Positions 12,110 to 23,199 of a DNA stretch of 64,000 bases are shown here, in pieces (positions within the stretch are counted from its first letter, which is position 1; every line of letters starts with the position of its first letter). A program made the translations under genes and the position numbers. Source of the DNA: Paraspadella gotoi (Eukaryota; Animalia; Chaetognatha). The notes beneath the pieces were generated by a model. The model had not been told where the DNA came from, searched no databases, and was given only the letters and a program-made list of their open reading frames with translations. The DNA lies in contig JBJCIZ010000282.1 in the NCBI GenBank assembly GCA_051294375.1, positions 562,809 through 626,808 on the forward strand. Reading direction: 5' to 3'.

Positions 12110-13160
12110 TTTTTTTTCAGGCGCTGCCTTTTCTGAATCGTTAAAAAACGAGTTCAGGCTCTCTCTCCGTCTCTCTCAGTTTCTCTCCATCTCTCTCAGT
12201 CTCTCTCAGTCTCTCTCAGTCTCTCTCTGTGTGCGTCTGTCTCTCTCTGTACGATCTCTTGCGTGATCGTTCGTTTTTTGGAAAATTTTGACTATTTTTT
12301 TCTTTCTAAAAAATATATATATTTGATCAGGCACTGCCTTTTCTGAATCGTTTAAAAACGAGTTCAGGCTCTCTCCGTCTCTCTCCGTCTCTCTCCGTAT
12401 CTCTCCGTGTGTGTCTATCTCTGTAAGATCTCTTGCGTGATCATTCGTTTTTTGAAAAAATCTGATTATTTTTTTATTTCTAAAAAATTTTTTTTTTTGA
12501 TTAGGCGCTGCCTTTTCTGAATCATATAAAAACGAGTTCAGACTCTCTCTCTCCCTCTCTCCGTCTCTCTCCGTCTTTTTCCGTCTTTTTCCGTCTCTCT
12601 CTGTCTCTCTCTGTGTGTGTCTGTCTCTCTCTTTACGAATTCTTGCATGAACGTTCGTTTTTTGAAAAATTTGGATTATTTTTTTCTTTCTTAAAAAAAA
12701 AATTATAAGGCGCTGCCTTTTCTGAAGACGGAGAGACGGAGAGAGAAAAAATGATGACAACGATGTCAAAGACGATGACGAAAACGACGACGAAAATGAA
12801 AATGACGATGAAGAATTTATTCCACGCTTTTTTCTCAATACAAAATCCCAAATTTACATCTTAGATTTTCGTGGATTTATTTTAGAAAAAGTGAAGAATA
12901 ACTCATACGGCAGAAATGTTACGCTTCTCTCCGTCTCTCTCCGTCTTTCTCCGCCTTTCTCCGTCACTCTCCGACTCTCTCCGTCTCTCTCTGTTTCTCT
13001 CTGTTTCTCTCTGTGTCTTTTATTATCGCCATTTATTTCGCGCTTTTTTCTCAATACAAAATCCCAAATTTACATCTGAGATTTTCATGGATTTTTTTGA
13101 GAAAATGTGAAGAATAACTTACTTGACCTGGATTTCGTGGCCGTTGCGGGGCAACTAGTA
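12110..13160 (+). repeat. Internal ~200-bp tandem units with (CTCTCCGT)n tracts; ends in small hairpin plus CTAGT (Helitron-like 3' end)
   Basis: GGCGCTGCCTTTTCTGAA repeated 4 times; GTTGC-GGG-GCAAC-TAGT at ~13143-13159. Confidence 0.5.
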
Positions 13161-13738
13161 AACAATGTCGAGAAATATGACCTAATAACGCGTTTTGTTG
13201 ACAACGGAAACGTTACGTAGGAGCTGACGTCGTTCTTAGAGATTAAGGATAGGAGTCTATGTCGTTCTTAGAAATCAAGGAAGACTTTTTCAATGGAGAT
13301 TTTCGCTAAAATTTGACTACCAAACAATGTAAATGCCCCTGGTAAAAATTCAGGTAAAAAATAGATGTAAAAACACTCGATTTAGATCCTGTTGCATCTC
13401 AAGAGCTCGTATTTTTTTTATCTTGACAAATAACCATCATTTTGGCATCAAACCATCAGATTCAAATGGACTAGTCAACTCGGAAAAATATTTTTGATGC
13501 AATTTTTATATATAAAATAAAGGTTTCTAGACTTCAATACAATGTAAATGCATTTAAGGTATGTTGTGATTTTACAATAAACTTCGAATTCAGGAATCCA
13601 ATAGCAATATGTGCTCAAAGGCTCTCAAAATTTTTCTTTACATTTTATTTAGTTATTGTGTTTTTTCCTTTCTGTTTCGTTGTGATTTGATTTAGAACAA
13701 AGTTTGAAGAGAGATTAACAACGATTTTTATTTCATAG

Positions 13739-13789
13739 TGAAACGGACATGTTTCGACTCACATACGAGTCTTCTTCAGCGCCAATTCA
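13739..13789 (-). ncRNA. Hammerhead ribozyme, inverted-pLTR copy
   Basis: Reverse-complement copy of 15203-15253 with the core intact. Confidence 0.75.
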
Positions 13790-13961
13790 ATTTGTGAATT
13801 TGAAGAGAATTTTTGTGCATAAAGAAAGAGAGAGAGAGAGAGAGAGAGACAGAGCAAAGTTTCCAACACAGAGTTTGAGAGAAAGGATAGTGTTCAGTTT
13901 TTTATTAGGGACAGGTGAAGGTGAGGACAGAGATAGTTTGTGAAAAGAAATTGAAATGGAG

Positions 13962-13993
<32 letters not shown>

Positions 13994-14196
13994 CAGTGCC
14001 TTAAAATATATTACATTATGAAATGTACAACAATGTTAAAATTTGGTAAACTTTAATAATGAATAATATCAACAATTAGCTACAGTAATAAATTAGTGAA
14101 ATGAAATAGAAGTTCAGAAATGTGAATATTTATTGTTAGTGAGGGATAGCTAAGTAATTAGGAAAAGGGAAATTTCAAGTAATAAGAAAGAGCTCA

Positions 14197-14360
14197 GCTA
14201 ATACTGGCCATCTATTCAGAGAATCAGACTGTCTCGTGCTGTCCCATGACCCAAGCTGGTTTTCAAGAGGTATTAGAGAGGCAATCTACATCAAAGCCCT
14301 CGAGCCCTCTTTGAACCGTGATGGAGGACGATTCGATCTCCCTCCAAGCTATGATTCGTA
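14197..14360 (+). pseudogene. Penelope GIY-YIG endonuclease C-terminal fragment
   Basis: Own translation ANTGHLFRESDCLVLSHDPSWFSRGIREAIYIKALEPSLNRDGGRFDLPPSYD matches the PLE signature W..R.i.EAiyI....PsLNrdgG. Not in the ORF track. Confidence 0.85.
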
Positions 14361-15202
14361 TCAAAAGTGTGGTGGAGGCCCCGTCTCCACCACGTCCGCA
14401 CAATGATTCCCCCATCTCCACTCAACGAGATAGGCGGAGACCTTGCGCAGGCAATGGGCAGACGATACCTCTCCTTCAACTGCAGCAACTCATTCCCTTC
14501 CTCTGTGGACTGAGCGCCGCCCAAAGCGACGGCTGCAGGAGGAAGGGGGGGAGGCCACCACTCCTGTCGCGAAAGTGGCAAGAATGGACAGCCGCCCACC
14601 TCGCCAGCAGGCAAGAAGAGGGCAGTCGGCAGGCGTACCAGGCCAGAGAGACATCCGAGTAGCCTTTGGTTTCTTCCCGCAAGGAAGTCTTCCCAGCTCT
14701 GCACTAGTAGGCTCCACCAACCTGTCCTCTCAGCCAATGACACACCAATGACCCGACCTTATCAATCTAGCCTTTCATTTGTTCATAACCAAGGGGGCCA
14801 GCTCATTTTTGAGCTCTTTCTTATTACTTGAAATTTCCCTTTTCCTAATTACTTAGCTATCCCTCACTAACAATAAATATTTCACATTTCTGAACTTCTA
14901 TTTCATTTCACTAATTTATTACTGTAGCTAATTGTTGATATTATTCATTATTAAAGTTTACCAAATTTTAACATTGTTGTACATTTCATAATGTAATATA
15001 TTTTAAGGCACTGTTCTCTCTCTCTCTCTCTCTCTCTCCATTTCAATTTCTTTTCACAAACTATCTCTGTCCTCACCTTCACCTGTCCCTAATAAAAACT
15101 GAACACTATCCTTTCTCTCAAACTCTGTGTTGGAAACTTTGCTCTGTCTCTCTCTCTCTCTCTCTCTTCTTTATGCACAAAATTCTCTTCAAATTCACAA
15201 AT

Positions 15203-15253
15203 TGAAATGGCGCTGAAGAAGACTCGTATGTGAGTCGAAACATGTCCGTTTCA
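15203..15253 (+). ncRNA. Minimal type I hammerhead ribozyme in Penelope pLTR
   Basis: CTGAAGA (15213), stem II GACTC/GAGTC, GAAA, palindromic helix III ACATGT, GTC cleavage triplet (15244-15246), and flanks TGAAATGGCG/CGTTTCA able to form stem I. Confidence 0.8.
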
Positions 15254-15719
15254 CTATGAAATAAAAATCGTTGTTAAATCTCTCTTCAAACTTTGTTCTA
15301 TTTAGTTATTTTAATATGATACGATCATGGTAAAGTGAATTAGTCCATTTTGGTATAATTTTTATTTAAAGTAAAAGTAAAAGAGGAGCTAAGATCGGAA
15401 TTCTAAGAGTTTTTAACCAGGAGTCAGATTCGGGAAAAATCTTTTATGGCAAAAATCTTCCAAAGAAGGGGTGGTTTTTCTGAAGATTTTGGTTAATATT
15501 TTCTATATTTATGGTCGGATTCTTTTGAAACTTAACAATAGCAATAGTGCCATCATTCTACATTGGCCGGTATAAGAATACATTTAAAAAAACCTCTGGC
15601 TGTTTTCGTCAGATCTTAGTCCTACTTTACAATGATGAAGTGGAAATTCAAACAAAAAATACTTGAATCGATATAAAACAAAGAAAATGGACACACATTG
15701 ATTGATGTAATAGTAATTT

Positions 15720-15945
15720 ATTGATGCAATGATAACCAAATGTTGATGCGATGATAACCAAATATTGATGCAATGATAACCAAATATTGATGCGATGATA
15801 ACCAAATATTGATTCGATGATAACCAAATGATTGATGCGATGATAACCAATAATTGATGCGAAGATAACCAAATGATTGATGCGATGATAGTCATTCACT
15901 CATGCGATGATAGTCATTCATTGACGCGATGAGTCATTCATCGTA
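15720..15945. repeat. 21-22-bp minisatellite ATTGATGCGATGATAACCAAAT
   Basis: About 10 visible units. Confidence 0.9.
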
Positions 15946-16684
15946 AATAAAACAAACAAACGCGTGTATGAGTGAGAGAGTTTGCAGTTAAGAGGGACGG
16001 GCCGCTTAACCCGCCTGTAACACAGTGTTACAGCCTGATCTGAAGCTCAGGGACTGCTTATATCGAACGGTTCTGTCACTAACACATAATAATAATCACT
16101 GTCTCTTCATTGGTGAGCTCGACTTCTGAACACAACAGCAACAACAGCACTTTCAGGCGACATGCCTCAACCTGGCGATGCATTCATCGTAATTCATAGT
16201 AGTTTTCATTTTTAAAAAAAATGTAAGCCCCTAGTTAAAACTATATAAACCGTAGTAGTTTTTATATAATAAAAAAGCACAATGCTGATGCAGACAACAA
16301 CGCAGATGATGACGACGACGTCACAAAGAAGCTGAGCCAATCCAAAATCTATCCAAAACGGATATGATATATCTTGACCCGTCTGTCAAGATAAAAATAT
16401 TTTATGTAAGACATTTTGAGAAAAAAGCTATTGTTTTTTTCTAAAATATTTACTCCAGAGATGCAAGGCGGTTACTAATATGGACTATATGAAGTTCTTG
16501 TAAGTTTTAAATTGACTGATCACAGTCCTTAAAGATGCTCATAAATCGCCAAAAGCTGGTTGCTCATTTGTTTCTTTGTAACTACCTCCAAAACAAAGAC
16601 AGAAAGGATATATCACAACATGATTTATCATGATTTGATGTACTGTCATGATCTAAGTGAATGACCAACTAGACTGTGGGGAAT

Positions 16685-16750
16685 GACCGACGGACCGACA
16701 AAGTGAAGTATAGAGTCGGAATCTGCAATAAGCAGATCCGACTAAAATGC
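16685..16750 (-). mobile_element. HINE/Helentron-associated-like terminus (related copy at 10605-10670)
   Basis: Minus strand reads TTTTAGTCGG-hairpin-CCGACTCTATA then GTCGGTCCGTCGGTC microsatellite. Confidence 0.4.
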
Positions 16751-16881
16751 TTTTGGTTTAGTTATATTTATAATTTTACTTACTAGGTCTTTACTTCACT
16801 TTCTTTAAAGTATTGTCCCCAGGACCTAAAAAAAATAAATGGTGTGTTAACTTTGTAGAGTCATTGCATGCACTAATTATT

Positions 16882-17760
16882 GAACAAGTTTGAGCAAACC
16901 ATGTCAGATCTGCCCACAACCATTATGGTGATTAATTAATAATTAATAATAATAATAATTAATTAATTAATAATTAATAATAATTAATAATAATATTAAT
17001 TAATAATGAATAATTAATTAATTAATAATTAAATTAATAATTAATTAATTAATTTAATTATATTTAATTTAATTATAATTTATAATTAATTAGGCAATTA
17101 ATTAATTAATTTGATCCCAAATGTTTGTTTTTAGGTCTTTTCGTCACTAACCAGTAACCACGACAAAAGCAATGACGACGATGAGAATAATGCCGATAAC
17201 GACTGACTTGATTGATTGACTTATTAATTAATTATTGATTAATTAATTGACTAATTGATTAATTATTTGATTAATTAATACATCCTGCATTTACATTTAA
17301 TATAAAGGGAAAAAGAAGCATAATCAATTAGTGAAACAGGTTTTTTGTTTTTTCCATTTAAACTCATTTCCACTCAGACAATTCCATCGAAACTTGATTT
17401 CCAGCTTAATCACACACTCTCCTGACCACATACAAAATTCAAGGTCAATCGCCCCATCCACTCGTGAGCAATTTGTGTTTAAATAGTGAAATATATTTTT
17501 TGTTTTTTCAATTTAAACTCATTTCCACTCGGACGATTCCATCGAAACTTCATATCCAGCTCAATCACACACTTCCCTATTCACACACAATATTTCATTC
17601 AAATCCATCCATCCAATCACGAGTAATTAGTGTTTTTTGCTAAGGTGGGACGGACGGATGGACAGACGGACGGACATCATTTTTTTTGCATAATTTATCA
17701 TAATTCGATGTTCTGACATGATATAAGTGGGTGCCCGACAATATTGAGTAAGGCAGATCT
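16882..17760 (+). mobile_element. HINE/DINE-1-like non-autonomous repeat
   Basis: AACAAG start, (TAAT)n tract, ~150-bp internal duplication (17340-17630) and GGAC/AGAC microsatellite at 17648-17676; blocks shared with 5320-5743 and 10543-10600. Confidence 0.45.
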
Positions 17761-18044
17761 CTGACGTATATTTTTTTTCAAAATCTACTACCTCTCGGTT
17801 TTTCCTTTGCCTTTTGTTGTTTCCTTTGCTTTCACAACAGCAATTGATTAAAAAATATTTGGGATCACACGCCTTTTTTTCAATTTTTAAAAAAATAGCC
17901 AATCGCGATCTGTGATTGGTCAATATCGGTCACGTGACCTTAAAATCTTTGTATTTTTAAGATTTTTTTAGGGCAAAAAGTTATTTAGTAGTTGTATAAT
18001 GAATATTTTGCTTAAAACAATTGAAAAATATTTTTTAACAATAT

Positions 18045-18927
18045 TGTATTGAACTAAGTTCGGAGAAGTGGCGTCTTTGAATTCTAACTGACTGGACTAA
18101 TTCTGCGCAATGAAGACCAGATGGAATCGGGTATAAAATGGCGCAGAAGAGACGATGGCGCCGGTCCAGACGCCCTGGAGATGCTGACGACAGTCTCGGC
18201 CGAACGACGTCGGCTAAGGCCGGAAGGACGACGAACTGCAAGGCCCAGGACTTGACGAAATGTCTATGTAAGTCTGATGCGGTTGAATGAAGTGAGTGTG
18301 TTGCTGAATGTTGAATGTAAAGTCTTGCTTGTTGCTTGTTGTGAGTGAGTTTTTCTGTTGTAGTTGTGTTGTGCAAAGTCTTGCTTGCGAATGTGCTGTT
18401 GTTGTAAAGTCTTGCTTGCTGTTGAGTGTTGTTAGAAGTCCTGTGCAAGGAATAACAAAACATTTAGTACAAACTCAGCAAATATATATAAATTTAAAGT
18501 GTCTTTCTTACTTGTTTCTGAAGCCAATATTAACCAAAAAAGAGATGCTTCTCTCATAGAAAAGTCCACCAAACCAGCGATCACACAAAAAATAAGTTTC
18601 CGAGATATCTAAAAAGAGTTTAAATAAGCTCTGAAAAGAACTAAAAACCCAGTGACAACTTTGAGATCTGAAGATACCACGTGGCCAGAATTCTATCAGA
18701 ATCAAATCGAAATCTATCGAAATCACGGGCACCAATCAGAATCAGCTGTACACTGCCTTCAGAAATCTGTACTTAAGTATAAACAAAAGAGAGAGCCTAA
18801 AGATGTTGTGGCGATCGCTAGAACGGAGGCATTTTCTATGTCAGTAATAAAGAACAAAAGAGCATTGGGAGATAAGGTAGAGAAGCTGGATTTCCTCGTA
18901 ATATAAAAGATAGTTATTTTGTAACAC
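18045..18927 (-). repeat. Possible 3' LTR of the minus-strand BEL relic
   Basis: On the minus strand a G-run (GCGGGGGG) abuts TGTTACA at 18927, like the PPT/LTR junction at 40701-40711. No partner LTR found; the left boundary is a guess. Confidence 0.3.
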
Positions 18928-21294
18928 CCCCCGCTATTTTAGTATGCCAAAAGCATACCAAAAAACCTTGAGCATGTCTAGAAAAAACTATCTAAAATAT
19001 CCGGTCGCAGGGGGATGGAAAGAGGAAAGGAAGAAAATTAAAATGCTGAGTATGCAAAAAATGCGCCCAGGACTTACTTGTCAATAATACCTCAAAATAC
19101 TTCAAAAAAACTGACAAAAAAACTGAGGAGCGGTGGAACGGACAGGCGGGTGACGACGGCAGATGACAAACTGACCGGCGACAACCCTCTTCCACACGCT
19201 AATTGTACTTCAAGTTATCATGTTTGAAGACGAAACAGGGGGTTACACAATGATGAATTTAGAAAAACCGTGCATGATGTAATAAAAGACTACGGTTGTC
19301 GTAAATCTAAACAATAATTTTTCACCCAAAAAATGCAAAAACGAAGACAACTATGTTTGCTCGGTTCACGAAACGGCCGGAGGTGCCGCTCATCAACTTC
19401 TGCCTAGTTGCAAAGCGCCGTGTGACGATTGCCGAAACGAACGTCTCTGACTACGAATAAGAAAAGTAAAAATAACTCTGTACGGCGTGTATCAGTACAC
19501 CCGTTTTCAACCGTAATCCAAAAAACGTAAAAACACTAAAAAACTGGCCAATCCTGGCATTTAACTTTAAAAAACGTTTGCCTGCTAACTGAAAAAGACA
19601 CAAAAAAGACAGTATAAATAAATTGACACAAGGCAGGGGGGAATGCGACGAAGGGAGCTAAATATTTTCTAACTGACTGACACAATAAAATGATTTTTTG
19701 CAAGCTAACTTCGGGCATTACTAAACCATAAACTCTAAAGCAAAAGCAAAGTAATATATATAAGCCTTTATCGAAGTTTAAAGCCGGTTATAACTGACCC
19801 CGGTGGCCGACTTTAAACCCGATGAATTTAACTTAGGTCGAAGCGCGAAGACCGGTTGTAACTGACCCCGGTGGCCGATCTCCGGTCTCGACATATGTTA
19901 CACCCGCGACTTCCGAAAGTAGCCAACTAAAGGAAAGAAGCATGAATATTAATGGCAGCCCGAATTGTAAGGACAATACGGCACCGCCAACCAATTCGAA
20001 TTCCAAAGATGGAACCGAAAAGGTAAATTAAAAAATACTAAGGTTGTCGGACTTGGTAAAGCGATATACACGCTTACCGAAATGCCACTATCCGCCCCCC
20101 GCAGGAACGAAATCGGATCTCAAAGCTAATATCGAACCGGCTAAGAACGATATCAACCCTTCGACCTTCAGACAAACATGGCGAGGCAAAAAGGTGCCTT
20201 TCATAATCACGAACAACCAGAGACGAATGACACAAATCTCAAAATATTCAAATTTTTCTCACCGCAGGTAGCCGCATAAAGGATCGACACACGCGTCAGG
20301 CACATCAGGCATTCGCTCACCATCCTTCATCGATCCTTGATGAAGCCCTTCGATGCGAAAGACCGAATCTTCGAAGATCCGCGCACGTCCGTCTCCTTAC
20401 CAAAAAATATTAGAGACACACAACCGTACTACGACACAAAAAATCTTAAACTGAGCCTACGGGAAAAAATAGTAAATTGAGACAAAATATAAAAATACTA
20501 AATCTTGGATCAATCCGTACTAAATCTCGCCGTCGAATCTTCTTGTAAACATGATCTTCTCGAAATATACACTGTAAAGCAAAAATAATTAAATTCCTTA
20601 TCTACCTTATGTCATAGTAGGTTGGCAAAATAAAAAATATTAAACTAAACCTAAAAACGAAATCATTTCCTATCACAATACTAAACCCGAAAAATACATA
20701 AACCAAAAAAAATTGTTACTCTAAGAAACAAAAATATTTTCAACCTGGATGCAATAATAGGAACATACTTTATTGGTCATTTTATTTTAAGCATCCGTTT
20801 GCCGTTGCAACGAGAAAAACTATGGCAAGGTAAAACTAAGAGACAACGGATGGGGTGAGACCCTCAAACCCTGCCTAAAAATAAAACCAGCAATAATATG
20901 GTAATCCCCTCGTTGTGCTGGCTCCCTGATTCCAGCTCCTGCTATCTTATTTTAAAGGGAGAAAATACAAAAAAGTGAGACGTACAAAGTCCAAATGATT
21001 ACGAACCAGCTGACCTGCCACAGAAAGCCGGGACGCAACTGTAAGGACGGGTAAGTACTAAAAGGGTTTTTGTTAAGGTCCTTGCCCGCCTAAAGAAGAA
21101 GACGGTGGTCAAACAAGTAAACCCTTCGTTACCGAATGCTGAAAAAAGTTTGGAGTTCCCGACGATTTCTCTCAACCAATTTTTACTGGAACCGGCCGTG
21201 TGTACAAGAGAAACCGTCCGCCTTGCGGCGCGCAGGGAGACAGTCTTGAACAGGGTTGACCGTCACTCCAAAAGCCTGTTGTTATATTTAAGCG

Positions 21295-22176
21295 TCAACT
21301 CACAAAGCTCCGTCCGTCTAGAGACTTTTGAAAGTTGAGGCAAAAAACTTTTACCAAAAAGCAAAAAAATGTTAGGGACAAACTATGAATAATATAAAAT
21401 ATCAGAGAAAGATAATCTATATTATTCTTTCCTACTCTAATTGTCGTCTCTTCTCCTAGGCTATCCAAAAAATCGACAAAACTAAATAAATACAAAAAAT
21501 GGGACAGGCAATGTTTCGCGATGTGTCCCGGTGAAAAACAGCGATAACACAAACGCTTATTGGAGACAATTTGCTTCTTTTTCTCGGCGGGGAGGTTACG
21601 GAAACGTAAGCAGGAAGTCGATGAATGGACTTCGCCGCAGAAAAGGCACGTGACAGTCTTTGGACGCGTCGAAACATTAGATGATGCAATTTGTTGAAAT
21701 CGCCTTCGTGGAGATTTTCGGTTTGGAGATGACGCTGGTGTAGGAAAAATATTTTCTCCATGTCCACCTTCAGTTGGTGGTTCAGAGATAGAGGTCGGCG
21801 GAAGAACGGGTGACGGAGTGGCGCGAGTCCGCTCCCGCTCCAGTTCTTTCGTTTGAGATAGCTCTTCCTTAAGCTGTAGAATTTCGCTTTCTTTAGAGCG
21901 TAATAAATCCGTTAAAATGGAGAGAGCACTTTCTTCAAATTTTTCTAGTTTTTTTTCTACTTTTTCTATTCGAGATTCGAGCATCTCGGAAATATCTTTA
22001 GCGATAGTTTTCGGCAGAAGATCGATGTCGCTTCCCAAGTTGATGAACTCCTCGATAATTTTTTGCTGGAAAATTCGGTCGGGAAGCGGAAACGTTCTCC
22101 ATTCTGTTCGGCCTATTCCGTAAAAGCACGAATCGTATTTTAAAGGCGTGATAGACGGATTAATTGAAGTCGCCAT
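21295..22176 (-). CDS. gag: BEL/Pao gag-like ORF of a non-autonomous/relic element
   Basis: Coiled-coil, then CLFCGEVHSSTSC and LCYRCFSPGHIAKHC knuckles with BEL spacing; no pol downstream. Confidence 0.75.
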   Translation of the reverse strand: MATSINPSITPLKYDSCFYGIGRTEWRTFPLPDRIFQQKIIEEFINLGSDIDLLPKTIAKDISEMLESRIEKVEKKLEKFEESALSILTDLLRSKESEILQLKEELSQTKELERERTRATPSPVLPPTSISEPPTEGGHGENIFPTPASSPNRKSPRRRFQQIASSNVSTRPKTVTCLFCGEVHSSTSCLRFRNLPAEKKKQIVSNKRLCYRCFSPGHIAKHCLSHFLYLFSFVDFLDSLGEETTIRVGKNNIDYLSLIFYIIHSLSLTFFCFLVKVFCLNFQKSLDGRSFVS

Positions 22177-23199
22177 AATGATTTTTTCGTTCGTAGTTTT
22201 TATTTTTGTTTGAGAACGCAGAAATCAACCGAGCGGTGATTGAGTTTTACTGTGAAATAACTTAGTATTTCACGCTCGCGATTGCTACCGTTCCAGCGTC
22301 GTCCGTCCCTTGTTAGTCTGACGTAAGTTTTTATGAATCTTTTTAACTGAATGTTTAGTAAATGATGAATGAAAAGTAGAGATGAGGGTTTAGAAACTTT
22401 ATTTTACTTTAAAATGTCCACAAAAATCCTGTAAAACTCAAGTTCAGGACGGGCGATGCTACTTTTAGTAAGGCAAAAAATGGAACTCAAAATTTCTATA
22501 GAGTCTCTTTAAATTACGACAAAAGAATGACAAATACCGACGAAATACTAACCAGTAAATCATTTGGCCGAACGCGTAAGGACAACTAAGGTACGGTCAA
22601 AATAAGACTTCGGCCGAGAGAGAAATTACTAAGGCGAGGCATAATATTTGACATTGACCTTGACTGATTTTCACCTTTTTCTCAAATCCTACAAAGAACC
22701 TGAAGACGAACTAGACCAACGCACAAAGTGTGACGACGTCAACTTCATACTAAAAAAACCAAAAAATATCAAATTTTCTAAAAAACGAACACAGTATTTT
22801 TAAAAAACAATATTTTTTAAAAAAATACTAAATTATTCTTATGGAAAAATTGGCCGTACCCCCCGCACGAACGGAGAGGAACGAACCTGTTCGTACAAAA
22901 AAGAAAAAATTTAGTCCCAAAAAAAACAAAGGGAGAACTACGTAGTTAATTTGTAATGCTTGTGGGAAACGGGGGAAAATCTCAAACTTCTCCCGAGCGT
23001 AAAGCCGTGAAGATCTGAGGAAAAAGGCATGATGGGAAATAACGCTTTTTCCGGAGATAATCGAAACCGTACGATCGATTAAAATTTGTGCTTAACCTAC
23101 CGAAAACCAAGCACACAAAATAACAATATTACCTAAAAAATAAATATTTATTTAAAACAAAAAATATTTAAAGAAAAAACGTGAGCACGATTCCATAAA

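Larger units (their letters stand above)
13658..15298 (+). mobile_element. 5'-truncated Penelope-like element with inverted pLTR and 12-bp TSD
   Basis: 13693-14196 is the reverse complement of 14810-15300. A GIY-YIG C-terminus lies at 14197-14360 and hammerhead motifs are in both arms. TATTTAGTTATT is duplicated at 13646-13657 and 15299-15310, and the empty site is preserved in the left TIR (~11270-11290). Confidence 0.88.
10957..15624. mobile_element. Non-autonomous foldback/long-TIR DNA element (~720-bp TIRs, possible TA TSD); right TIR split by a Penelope insertion
   Basis: 10957-~11680 is the reverse complement of ~13249-13657 plus 15311-15624 (ends TAGGACTAAGATCTGACG / CGTCAGATCTTAGTCCTA). 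No transposase ORF. Confidence 0.8.

Noticed and set aside
12206-13110. RERE/SLS-rich ORFs
   Set aside because: Translations of (CT)n-rich repeats.
14291-14751. Several overlapping ORFs in the track
   Set aside because: Alternative frames of the Penelope 3' region; the meaningful frame is the GIY-YIG fragment at 14197.
15720-15945. CRISPR-like appearance of short regular repeats (also 5960-6040, 58760-58850)
   Set aside because: No unique spacers and no cas genes; eukaryotic minisatellites.
22177-23100. 5' LTR and self-priming PBS for the minus-strand BEL relic
   Set aside because: No second copy of 18045-18927 or complementary 11-mer could be found by eye.
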